A program made the translations under genes and the position numbers. The notes below the pieces were generated by a model. The model searched no databases. It saw only the letters and a program-made list of their open reading frames with translations, and was not told where the DNA came from. 64,000 bases of DNA from Paraspadella gotoi (taxonomy: Eukaryota; Animalia; Chaetognatha): NCBI GenBank assembly GCA_051294375.1, contig JBJCIZ010000239.1, positions 2,617,476-2,681,475 on the forward strand, in the 5' to 3' direction. Positions 12,118-24,500 of this stretch are shown one piece after another. Within the stretch, counting starts at the first letter, position 1; each line of letters begins with the position of its first letter.

Positions 12118-13726
12118 TGGGTGGGATTTATTGTTCCGTCTCGTTTGTTGTGGGTTTTTAATTTTAACACGAGTAAAATTTTAAATGTTTTATATTATTT
12201 TAGAATTATATTTCATCTTGTTATATTTAGGGGATTGGAATATAATTTAAAAGAGTGAAGCACGTTATGTCTTGACTAAGATTCGAGAGGTTTTAATCCA
12301 CAACTGTTTTCTCCGCTGATACTATATGTGTCGTCTAGTGTAACAAATATTGTGAATAGAATCGGTGATTCCCTACTTTACTATTTGTCAAATAAAACAT
12401 AATGAAAAGTAGTACGTTAGTTTACGTGATCTGATTTTTTCGAAAGAAAAATAACAGAAACTCAACAGAATTCTTCAAGGTTTGTATGTAAAAATTCCAA
12501 ATTGATTGTGTTGATTGCTTTTAAATAATTAATCCATTTGGCACATTGGTATTTGGAGTGGTTTTTTTTCGTTAATCTGCATGTCGTATGTACTATTGAG
12601 ATACATTTGTATCATTTATGAGGTGAAAGAAAGTTTGTGGTTAAAATGGGGATTCCTTCGTAAAATTTCACTCGCTTTCTCCGTTAACATTATTATTAAG
12701 ATTCTGCTTCACAATTTGCAAAAAATACTCCTTGGTAATTCACGTTTTTCTTGTTGTGTGGCTACCAGATTACATAAGTATAAATTGCGCTAATAATTTC
12801 TCAGTAAATTTGATTTATTTTTAAAAATTGCATGTTCGGAGAGTATAAAATTTATTTTTTTTTGGTTCTAGGTAAAAACCATTGAATTCGAGAGCGTTTA
12901 TTTCTATCCATTATTACTGTTTTCTGTTTTGGCAAATGACAGCGATATGGATTGAAAATTAGAAATTTAACTTTTTCCAAGTTTTTAGATCTCTATGAAA
13001 TTTGTACAACCAATATAAAAATTATCCATTCATTTAATAAATAAGCAATCTTGCCCCTGACATTGGACAGGCAATATGTACCCTTCTCATAAGTTCTTCT
13101 CGTTATCTTTTTTCATTTCTCTACTCGTTCTTCATTTGTCACTAAATTATGATACAGTAATATTTTTTTGATTTATATATATTTTTTCTGAACTTGTATT
13201 CCTAATAGTATAATAATTTTTTTTATGGATGAGCTAAATTAGATATAATGAATCATTACTCTTAATTTTAGTAGTGTGAAACTATTTCGTTCAGATTAAA
13301 TTCATGCTGTTCATCAGATTCAAGTTGAAAAAAAAATATGAGAAACTAATTATATAATCTTTTGTTTATTTTGTACTAGTTGCCAAAATAAATGTCGCTG
13401 CTACACCTAAGTAGTTTACTGTTAGTTAACACTATATTTTTTTTCTATTAAGGTGGTGAATACAAATTTAAGAAGGCGATTTACCTCGTCAAAGGATTGA
13501 ATATCGGTCAATAATTGATTCCGATTTAAATAATTAGAGACAATGCCGATTGCGCCTCGTGCACCTCAACAAGTTTTATTGGCTCAAAAAAAACGTCTTT
13601 CAGTTCTGCTCGTTAATTTTTCTTTTACTTTTTAGGTTATTAATATTTCTTCAGATAATGACCTCTTTCATTCGCAACTCCTGATGAGAGGTTTGCAAGA
13701 TTGACTCTGTGTACAAAGCCTCAACA

Positions 13727-15841
13727 ATGGCGTTAGTTAACCTCGCCGCGACAACCCAAGTATGGAAGGACTTCGAATTCGCCGAGTTGCAAAGAGAATT
13801 GGACAACGAAGCCACGTCAATAGCCTTGCGGCAAGATCAAAGCGAGATAACTCGCAAGGCTCTCGTGGAGTTAAACAAAGAATTTAAACGAAACTCGTCG
13901 GATGAAACGAGGAAGAGCGTCTCGTCGCTCATCAAAAGTTTTCAGATCGAAGTCGATTCGCTGTCGAAACGAGCCAAGGCTTCGGAAGCGGCTTTTCTAT
14001 CCGTCTACCGAAAGCTCATCGACGCTCCTGATCCGTGGCCGGCTTTGGAACAGGTGCAGACGTTACAGAAGAAGCTGTCTAAACAAAACGACGCCGAGTT
14101 GGAAGCGAAGCAGTTGCGAGAAACTCTGGAAGAATACAGCAAAGAATTCGTGGAAGTGAAAAACCAAGAAGTCACCATCAAACAACTCAAAGAAAAGGTG
14201 AAAGGGCTGGAGGAAAACACGGACCGGCTGTTGGAGGAACGAATGAAGGCGCGCTCCAAGGAGTTGGACGCGGATTTTGCGGAGAAAGAGAATCGTTTGG
14301 AAGAAGAGAAGATTCGCGTCGCCACAAAATTAGGAATCGCCGAGCAAGAAGTCGCCTTGTTGCAAAACGCCCTCGTCGTGGCTCAAACGGAGCTCCTCGA
14401 TTTTAAATCCCGACTCGACCAAAAGGCAAATGCTAAATCCGCCGAATACGATTTGCTCTCCGAAGAGTTGGAGCGGTTAACGGATCGAGCCTTGACCGCC
14501 GAAGGTCGCGTCGCTGCGCTGGAGGATGAAAAAGAACAAATGGTGTCGCAGGATTCGGCCAATCAGATCGATAATTTCAGTTCCCGCCAATCGTTCGAAG
14601 AGAGAAGAGCGGACGAGCTTGGCCTGAGCGCCATGGAGGTCGAACTCCGCGCCAAGCAGAAGGAGGTGGACCAATTAGTGGAAGACGTTCAGCAGCTGCA
14701 GTCCACCTTGCGCAAGTCTCAGCTGGCGGTGACGAATCAGGCGGCCGAGTACGAACAAGAACTGAAGGCCGCCTTGGAGGACGTGGAAATCTTGAAAAAT
14801 GAGCTGGACCTCAAGAGCGACTACGACGAAATGAAAAAGGAACTCAACATTCTCAAATCCATGGAATGCGGAACGGATCCGGACGAAGGGTCATCCGAGC
14901 ACTCTCTCGAAGTCCTTCTTCTCGTTCGCAACCGCGCCTTGATGAACGAAAACACTCGAGTCAAAGTCGCTCTCTCTTCCGTCAAAGAATCCGCGGCAAA
15001 GCTTGAATCGGAAAACTCGGATCTGCGGCGGGAGGCGAGCGAATCGAAGTCTCTGGTCGCGCGACTGGAGGAACACATTCTGCACGTGGGATCCGTGACG
15101 TCGATGCCGGCGATGGTGCGCAGCGAGGCAGAAGGGGCTTCTTCTCCTCCTCTGCCAGTGACGAGTTCTTTGGCCGAATCTTCGGTCGAGATCGACGAGG
15201 GGAGAGAGGTCGAGGGCGCCGCCATGGAGACTCATTCCACCTCGTCCGCGGAATTGATCGACGCCTTCGCCAACCAGCAACGCTTTTCCGGAGAATCATC
15301 AGCCACCGATTCGCTTTTGAACATCGTCTCCAGTCAGCGCGAGCGCTTTCGTCATCGCAATCAAGAGTTGGAGTCGGAAAACATCGCCTACAAGAATCGC
15401 GTTCAGTACCTCCAGGCCGACCTCGATCGCATGAGAGGCGACAATCTCAAACTCTACGAGAAGATCAAATTTTTGCAGTCCAATTTTTCTGGTCAAACCT
15501 CCGCCAACCGATCCAGACTCCACGAGAACACAGAGTCGCGCTACGCCGGAGAGTACGAGCAAGAGTTGGATCCCTTCCAGTCCTTCGCCCGGAAAGAGAG
15601 GAACCGCAAGTACGCCCTCTTGCGTCCGCACGAAAAGGCCACCCTTCACTTGGTCCGCTTCATTCTGGGTTCGGCCGGGGCCAGATCCTTTGCCTTCTTC
15701 TACTCTGTCTTTCTTCACCTTCTCGTCTTTGTGGTATTGTACAGATTCTCGCTGGTCGAGGATTGCCTCAAAGATCAGGCCGAGGACTGTGCCAAGACCT
15801 TCGCCAATCACATGCTGCAAGTGCATGGCACTAAAAACTAA
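13727..15841 (+). CDS. CASP golgin (CUX1/CASP family, Coy1-like), single exon
   Basis: N-terminal CUX1/CASP coiled coil (LIKSFQIEVDSLSKRAKASEAAFLSVY), CASP_C domain (SLLNIVSSQRERFR, DNLKLYEKIKFLQS) and a TM segment with the conserved FYxxxLH. Confidence 0.92.
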   Translation: MALVNLAATTQVWKDFEFAELQRELDNEATSIALRQDQSEITRKALVELNKEFKRNSSDETRKSVSSLIKSFQIEVDSLSKRAKASEAAFLSVYRKLIDAPDPWPALEQVQTLQKKLSKQNDAELEAKQLRETLEEYSKEFVEVKNQEVTIKQLKEKVKGLEENTDRLLEERMKARSKELDADFAEKENRLEEEKIRVATKLGIAEQEVALLQNALVVAQTELLDFKSRLDQKANAKSAEYDLLSEELERLTDRALTAEGRVAALEDEKEQMVSQDSANQIDNFSSRQSFEERRADELGLSAMEVELRAKQKEVDQLVEDVQQLQSTLRKSQLAVTNQAAEYEQELKAALEDVEILKNELDLKSDYDEMKKELNILKSMECGTDPDEGSSEHSLEVLLLVRNRALMNENTRVKVALSSVKESAAKLESENSDLRREASESKSLVARLEEHILHVGSVTSMPAMVRSEAEGASSPPLPVTSSLAESSVEIDEGREVEGAAMETHSTSSAELIDAFANQQRFSGESSATDSLLNIVSSQRERFRHRNQELESENIAYKNRVQYLQADLDRMRGDNLKLYEKIKFLQSNFSGQTSANRSRLHENTESRYAGEYEQELDPFQSFARKERNRKYALLRPHEKATLHLVRFILGSAGARSFAFFYSVFLHLLVFVVLYRFSLVEDCLKDQAEDCAKTFANHMLQVHGTKN

Positions 15842-16286
15842 ATGCGCTGCTTTTCCGCATTTCTGTGTAAACATCTTAGTATTTAGATTTTGTCGTCTTT
15901 GATTTGTTTACTCTTTTAAAATGTTTATAAAATCGATTAAGAATGGTAATACTGATTTAATTACTGTTTCTCTGAATATAATTATAATATAATTAAAAAT
16001 TTATTTTTGGTTAATTTACTGTAATTTTCCACAAATTTAAGACGACAATTTTTAATGAAAAGTTTAAAGAATAATATTAGAAGGTGAATATGTATTTACG
16101 CTTCTCATTGTAACAAGTTAATTCTTTAAATATTTAAATATTTACGTAATATGTACGCTAGATTCACATAAAACAACGCTTTCTGTGATTTTTTTTATTT
16201 CAGAAAAAATTTCGCTCGTTCCGTGTCGCGAAAAATAGATTAATAATCCGTGTATAATTTAAAAAAAAAAAGATATCCTTTCGACA

Positions 16287-17552
16287 ATGATTCCGTTTCA
16301 CAAGCGAATGGCCCTTCGCAAAGGCTACACCGTGGACTATGATCTGACGGACTCTAAACAAAAGCGCAAGATGGTGGTCGCCAAACGCCACGCGGCGCTC
16401 GGTACGACGACCGTCGAGCCGTTCCCCTCCAACTGCGAAATGATCGTATTCGGAATGGGCTGCTTTTGGGGCGCAGGTAACGTCAGCAGGCGCCGCGATG
16501 CCGCTTCTTCTTTAGTCGCAGCTTCGTTTTCACAGCTGTTATTTCTTGGCAGACCACGAAGTATTTGTAGAAATACGGTGTTCGTTGTTAAATTTTTACG
16601 AGTTTGTCGATTTGGAATAGAGACAGCTTTGAATGATTCTAAGAGTTTCATAACAAGATGCCAGGGGTGTAAAACGAAGGAATTTTTTTTTTTTCTGAAA
16701 TAAAAGAGACAATTTGACAATTAAGACAATAAGAAGATTAAACGAAAAAACGAAAGAAAAACGTAAAACGTAAAACGTAAAACGTAAAACGTAAAACGAA
16801 GGAAGAGAGCCCGCTTTGCAGCTTGCCTTGCTGACTTCAATCGTCAAAGAGCTTTTTAAAAGATAGTAAACAATTATATATTGTGTCCAAAAAGTTTTAT
16901 TTTACTTTCATTTAGTAATCTCTATGACGCTGGTAATTTAATTCATAGCATGTTTTTTTGGGGGGTATCTTTTTGTTTTTTCTACTCATTTTTAAAAAAA
17001 TTTTGATATTCTCTTTTATTCTATTATATTATTCTTATTATATTATTCTATTATATTCTCTTTTTATATTCTCGGACAGAGCGGAAGTTTTGGCAAATCA
17101 TGGGCGTTCACTCGACCCACGTGGGATTCGCCGGCGGTTCAACCGTCCACCCAACTTACCACGAGGTCTGCACCGGAATGACCAACCACGCCGAGGTCGT
17201 CCGCGTCGTCTACGAAACGGACAAGATCGATCTCCGCGATCTCCTTCGCGTCTTTTGGGAATGGCACGACCCCACCCAACTCTGGCGACAGGGTAAGGAT
17301 CAGGGCGCCCAGTACCGATCCTGCATTTACGTCTACAGCGAAGCGCAACTCAAGGAGGCGCTGGAGACGCGAGAATTCTACCAGAAGGAGCTGACCAAGC
17401 AAGGCTACGGTCCGATCGTTACGGAGATCAGGAAAGCGGCGAGGGCTCCGTTTTATTATGCGGACGACATGCATCAGCAGTACTTGTGGAAGAATCCCAG
17501 CGGGTATTGCGGGCTCGCCGGAACCGGGGTCCGATATCCGACTTATCATTAA
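16287..17552 (+). CDS. MSRA: Peptide methionine sulfoxide reductase A; exons 16287-16476, 17080-17552
   Basis: Active site GCFWGAE spans the splice junction. Also TGMTNHAEVV, HDPTQ, QYRS and HQQYL...GYC. An alternative start is possible at 16308. Confidence 0.95.
16758..16798. repeat. (AAAACGT)n tandem repeat in the MsrA intron
   Basis: Five full copies plus one partial copy. Confidence 0.9.
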
Positions 17553-18549
17553 CGAACTGTTTAGGGGTGTAGTGCCTCAGTGGAACCGTCGGAGAGGAAC
17601 GAAAATTATGCTTCTACCCCAAAACTTTTTTTGCCTCCGAGGAAAACTTTGATCACTGAGCGATGAGGTTGAGGGAGTTCTCATGTTTTGTTTTTTTTTG
17701 TTGGAAAAAATAAAAATTCGGATCGAGAATAAAAAGGTTCTTCTCGCGATTCAAAAAAAATTCTAAGGGAGTCTTAATTTATTTTCGACGAAATAGTATG
17801 TGCGGTTCCATTTGTCATCTAGATTCGGTTAGATTGCCTAGTACTCGAGTGACCAACCCGTTTGAGGATTAAATTTCCAGTTGCTGTTGTTGTGTTGCAT
17901 GGTCGTGTATTGGTTTTAATTTATGAAAGTGGATTTATTAGCACAATTAGGCGGCCTTGGTTTTGTTTGAATTTTTACGAGCTTGGAATTGTAGCGAGTG
18001 TCATAATTTAATTTATAATGTTTACATGTTGCTTTTTTTCTCAAGTGCCTTTTGAAGACTTTTATCTTCATACATTTATTACATTTCGCTATTGAATATT
18101 TTAAGGAGTAGTACGGTGTTGTTTCTGCTTTGACTTCGTTAGATGTAAGTTATACCATCACATACGTCACATTTATATTAATCGATGAGATTATTTTAAA
18201 AAAAAGTTATTTATTTAACATTTTTTCTTTAGTAAGTCGACCTGTACTACTTTGTGGTTATCATTGTTATTTCGCCGCATGTTTTGAACTTCTTAACCTG
18301 CTTGGTTATTAACTCGTGTTTTATCGTATTCGAACTGTGTTTTTGTTTTTTTTTCGCTTTTTTTACAGCCTTTACTAAAATTTAATTGATCTAAATACGT
18401 TACACAAAATACTATTTACTCAGGGGGAGTGAACCTCCCGCCATCTTGCCCGATTGATCATGGGATGGATAATGGAGTGAAAACCAAAAACCTCACGGAA
18501 TTAACCATTTTTCGCTGGTATTCTTTACCACTGCCACCTTCCTACCAAA

Positions 18550-21500
18550 ATGGGGACGGCTTCTTCGAAATTTCGCAAACACCTCCAGAACGGAGAAGAA
18601 TACGCGGCGATGCAGCTCTACCACGGGAATCCAGAGTTTCGGCGAAACCTGGATCCCAACATTTCCTACGGAGACTCGCACCATCACAACACGCCGTTGC
18701 ATCTGGTGTCTCAGCACGCCATGAAGTCGATGCTTCGCATATTTCTCTTTTCGCTCGGAGGAAATCCCAACAAGAAAAACCTCAAGGATCAAACGTCCCT
18801 TCACAAACTCTGCAGCATCAACGCGGAGAATGGGGGAGGAGACGGGCGCGTCTTGTTTCTCGCCAACCGGAAGAACGTTGATACGAAGAGGAAAGGGGGT
18901 TTGAGACGGATGGGGAAATCCTTCGATGCTTCTTTGACTTATAATTCCAGGTGAGAGAGAGAGAAATATATATTGAAATATTGAAAGCAAAAGTGAGCCT
19001 TAAGGTCAGTGTTTACAAATAACTTTAAAAGCTACTTTTTTGAGAAATTATTACTCATTTCATATAATAACAACTGATGTATTCTACTTTTCTTCTAGTT
19101 TACAGATTGTGTGCGTGTTGGAGGTGATTTTATGAGGATTTAATTCGCAATTTAAACATTAGAGAGAGAGAATATTACTGGGTTTTCGAGCCTTTTCTGG
19201 GATACGTTAAAACAAATTATTTGAAGTAGTAAATATTATTATTTTTTAAAAAAAATTGTCAACGATTTAAGGCCTTTTTGAAAGAGTGCGTCGCTGAAAT
19301 GATCCTTGTGCTGGAGAATTGATAATGTGCGACAAAGTTCATAGGCGTTCATAGGTCTCTACAGTTTAATTTATTTTAATTTAATTTATTCCTTTCTTTA
19401 GAACCGTTTTTAGTTTGTTTTAAAAACAATCAATCTTAACCTTAAATTATTCGCGCGAGAAAAAGATGACTCGTATCACAAAGATAAGCAGATACAGAAA
19501 ATGGTATCGATTTGAATCTACATTCAAGAGATTTGTACATAAAAATGTAAGAGATAGATTCTTGAAATATTTCAAAATGAGATTGAATACATCAATCTCA
19601 TTTGCATATAGTAGTAAATTATAAGTCCCATTGATTTATGTCATGGTTTATTATTAGGTATATTTTTGGATTTTACAATCCTTTTCTAGATTTTTTAATA
19701 ATTTAACTGAATTATAAATGATTTTGTTCTAATTTGTTCGAATAATTATGACATTATTTCACCATATATTTAAATCGAACACAACAATTTTTCCAGTCTT
19801 CCGAAGTCGTCATCCTTCGCCGGTCTCAACATCTCTCTTTCGAGCGGCCGCATTTTCTCCGTCTCGCGGTCGTCATTCTCGTCCGGCGTCGCCAAGTCGC
19901 ATAGCAACGTCAGCTTCGGAGCCGCGTCGTCCTCGTCGTACTCTTCGCCGTCGCCCGATTTGCGGCTGCAGCTTCGTCGAGCGGAATGTTTGACGATGAT
20001 GCTGCAGTGGCGAGGCGGCGTCATGCCCGACGGCGAGAGAGAACGCGTCAACATCAGCGCCGTCGACGAAGATGGAAACTCTGCGTTGCACTACGCCGCG
20101 GCGTCGGGTCTCGTCAAGTGCGTGGAGATCCTCGTCGCTCAAGGAGCCCCGCTCTTTGTAGAAAATAAAATGGGTGAGACGGTGTTGTGGCAGTGGTCAA
20201 TGCTCGTTGGCTTAACAAAAATTATTGTTACAAATGTTAGCAGAAGACGTCCATTGTTGTTAATTGGCTATAGTAATTAGTTATAATCGGGCTCTTTTCT
20301 TCTTTTTTTTTAGGACAAACACCTTGCGATTATGCAGAATGCCGCAATCACAACGCCATAGCGGTTTTTCTGGAATCTAAAATGGTATTTTCCCAAATGG
20401 ACTTGTCTAATGACGCTTCCGAAGATGCCAAACTTGACACAATTGTTGCGAATGACGACGCTTCGACGGAATCCGATCCCGCTTTACTCTCTGAAGCCTA
20501 TTCTGGCCTGCGTGCTCAAGATCTACAAGAAGCAAAAGATCAACTGCTCGTCGAGACATCGGACATGCTTCATGTTCCCTTGTTTACTGCAGAAGCACTC
20601 CTCCGCAATCACGAGTGGAGCAAAGAGACGTTGCTTAATGCGTGGATCGATGACCCAGAAGGTTGCTGCGAAATGTCAGGCGTTCAACTTCCCAATTCCT
20701 TTTTTTCTTCATTCGAGGCAGATTTTCCCGAGCAAAGTCGTAGGGCGGAAGAGGTCAATTGTAGAGCTTCAAAAGTCTCCAATAGAGATTTACAAGTTGA
20801 CACCAGCAATGAAAACTCCGATTCGCCATTACGTTTGTCACCGCTGGGATGCCGCGAGCTTTGGGATGAAGATTACAATGATGATAACGAAACGGATATG
20901 GCATCGTCGACTCCAAAACTTTCTCACCAAATGACCGAATGCAGACCAAGTGGTTCTGTCAAGCCCTCTTCACTGAATGCTGATCTTGAGCATCGTAACC
21001 GTTACTTATCCCACTCTCTTCTGGGGTCTACTCTTTGTGAGATATGTTCTGAGGACATTCCTGTCAATGAATCCCCGGTAATTGTACCATGCGGCCATTC
21101 TTATTGCCGTGCCTGTTGGGAACAGTATTTAACCGTGAAAATTAAGGAGGGTGATGCACATCATATTCAATGTCCTGGTTTTGACTGTTCCAAACTGGTT
21201 CCTGTTGATGTCATTGAAAATCTAGTAAAACCAGATATAGCCAGAAAATACCTTCAATATGATATTCAAGCTTTTGTTGAGTCGCATCCTTTAATAAAGT
21301 GGTGTCCCTTCCCTGGCTGCAACCGTGCTGTCCGGGTTCCCAAAGAAATGGTAACTGATCTTGCTGCAGCTTCAATGCCCAACTCGCCACGCACTCCATC
21401 AGCCTCTCAAGGCGACCAAGCTCAGTATCAGAATCCCAACACAACTTGTCCCGCAACTCCAAGGTACTCGTATTCCGTAGACTGCGGTAATGATCATTTT

Positions 21501-24500
21501 TTCTGCTGGGAATGCCTGGGTGAGCCTCATGAGCCTTGTGCTTGTCATGATTGGGTCTGTTGGCAGAAGAAAGTGAGGGAGATAAAACCTGAGGAGTTGC
21601 ATAACACGGATTCAGAGACAGAGACGGCAGTCAACTGTCTTTGGCTGGTTACGAATTCAAAACCCTGCCCCTCTTGCAAATCTCCTATTCAAAAAAACGA
21701 AGGATGCAATCACATGAAGTGCTCTAAATGCAAACACGATTTTTGTTGGATTTGCTTAGAACCTTGGAAGAAACATTCATCTGCAACAGGAGGCTACTTT
21801 CGCTGTAATCGTTTTGAGGTTGTGGAAAAAATTGAGGAAGAGGGAAAGGAGAAACAAGGTAAGGCGTTGGAACGGCACAAAAAAATTCAGGAACTTAACA
21901 AATTTGTTCATTACTATACACGATACAAAAACCATGAAAATTCATATCGTATGGAATCCCCACTTCTTAACAAAGCAAGTCAAAAGATGCAAGAACTTGC
22001 TCAGTCTTTCTTTTCTACTTCCGGTCATACTGCTGAACTTGAGTCGCATAAAGAAAAAGCTGTGACATCTCACGATAAAACGAAATTCGTTCAAAATGCT
22101 GTTAAGGAACTTTTACGAGCACGACGAGTTCTTCGTTACAGTTATGTTTATGGTTATTACCTAGATCCTCAACTCATCGGACAACAGGCTAAGATAATAT
22201 TTGAGTTTCAACAGGATGATTTGGAGTCCGTTACGGAACAGCTTTCTCAAATGATAAATAGAGCTTACCTTCGTACGCCGAGAACTCGCGTCATTCATGT
22301 AACGCATCTTGTGCGCCGAAAAAGGATGGAATTTTTACAGTCGATATCGAAAGGTTTGCTTCCCCCCGAGACTCCACCAGAAATACGTAGAATGGCCCCC
22401 ACTCAGTCCCCGCCAAATTCTACATTAACGAGTCATTCCCCATCTAACTTTGATGGTGCTGTTAGTAGAACGGAGCCGACAAGCTCAGTTCGAAACAAGC
22501 GTCCTGTCAGCCTTCCACATAATATTATGTTTGAAGATATGGTCAATCTTCAACAAGCCATACGCGAATCACTAAACGCGAGAGGCTTGCCGGAGGAACC
22601 ATTACAAAATTTCTTTACGAATTCAAGAGGTTTAGAAGCTCCTCAACAGATTGTCAATTACATTCCTGACCATGTGGCCATGTCTAATGCAGCCTGTGCC
22701 AAGGCGTCAGGCGATCAAGAGTTTAACTTTGAATTTCATATGGACCTTCTAAGAGCCCTCGAGATGTCCCGTATTCAACTTCTCCATGAACTTGATTTGA
22801 CTAACTCATGTCGAGATCAGGCTTCCGGTTGCTCAGATAGACAAAAAGTTCGTCCCCCTGTTCCTGTTAGAAGAACATCGCGTCCTGATCCCCAGCAAGA
22901 ATTAGTTCTACATCCAGTCCACCAAGCAATGCAAAATCAATTATCTAACGTTTCCGATCCCCAGAATTCACTTATCGTGATTCCAGAACGACAGCATGCT
23001 TCGCGCTCATCCGCCCAACAACATTATTATTTGCAATCTTCTTCTTCTGCTTTAGCAGCAAAACGTTTGTACCAGCATCAAGAGGATGCTGATATCCGTC
23101 GTGCGCTGGAGATGTCGCGCCATTCGGAATTAGCCATTAGAAATGAAGGTGTTCAAAAAAAGGGTAAGGTCCCGCCTCCGAAACCGCATAGAATTCAAAG
23201 CCTTCAGAAAAGTGTTGAAACGCCCACTTATGTTCCCGGAGAGAGTGAAGAAGCCGATTTGTTAATGGCTATTCATTTATCTCTTCAGGATCAGCAACAA
23301 GTAGCCCATGCACAAGACGAATCACTCGTTAATGCTAATGATAAAGAAATGCAGCATTCATTATCGTCCAAAAGCCATGAATATTTACACCAGTCAGACA
23401 AACAGCGACGTTCCAGATCCAACCAAGAAATTATATTACATAGAGTTAAAAATATTCATCCTGAGATAAAACCAATGATCCAACAGGTTGGCTGCCCTCA
23501 GCGTCAACTTTCTCAGCAACAAATTCTTGAAGCTCAAAGACGGGCTTTACAATTAGTCCAGCACCACCATCCACCAAAATTTCAAAATTCTCAGGTTCCT
23601 TTTCAAACGGCTCCAAAAGTTCCATTTGAAAAAGAAGCCAAAAACTTCATTAAACCTCACTCTCTGAATCCACAACAAATTCCCAGAAGCTTCTCAGAAA
23701 AGATTTCAAAAGTCAAAGTTAATCCTTCTCGCTCTTATTATGATACTATGAACTCATATCCTCATTCTCATCAAAGTCCAACTATTCCAACTTTGCAGTA
23801 TTATCCCTATCAAATCTACGGTTATCCCTCTACCATCGCTTATCATCAGGGTCCCCTTCATTTTGCCACGCCTACGCGAGCTCATGGTATTTGTCCTAAT
23901 AAAAAATCGCAAGGGCACAACAATCGAGCTCAAACTAACACGGTTCCTCGTATTCCGCGAATCAATGACTCCCATCCAAAATCTGCCTCGTACAATAGTC
24001 ATCTATACCGGCAAAATGAAAATGTGGCCACAGGACAACTCAGGGGTCAACATCACGGAAAGGATACTCCAAAGCCATGGAAATCGCATTTACGAACGAG
24101 CCAAGAGCAACATCTCCACCCTGGTTTCCCAGATCAAACAGTGTTTTCTACTGGGGCCCGATCTCCAGTTCCTTTAAATTCAAGTCGTGCTCCCTCTCCA
24201 CCAAACACGTTACAATTGGTTCCGCAACCTAATCCTGATGGGTCACTTGTCCTTCATCAACCATGGACGGCCAACAAACAAGCTACCCATTCTCTTCCGC
24301 GTCGTTACTCAGTTTCGTCTTATGGACCCTGGCAGCTGGAATCTTGTCCAACCTCCTCACGGCCCAACGACAGTTATCGCAGCCAGACTCTACCTCGGAG
24401 TACATCGTCTGCTGAGCGGCCATTCGGTCCCCATAAGCTTCTTAAGGCTTGCCGTTCTCCATCGATGGACTCAGAATCTGGGGAATGGGTTCTTATTCCA

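Noticed and set aside
16758-16798. Periodic repeat considered as CRISPR-like or telomeric
   Set aside because: It is a simple 7-mer without spacers, inside an intron.
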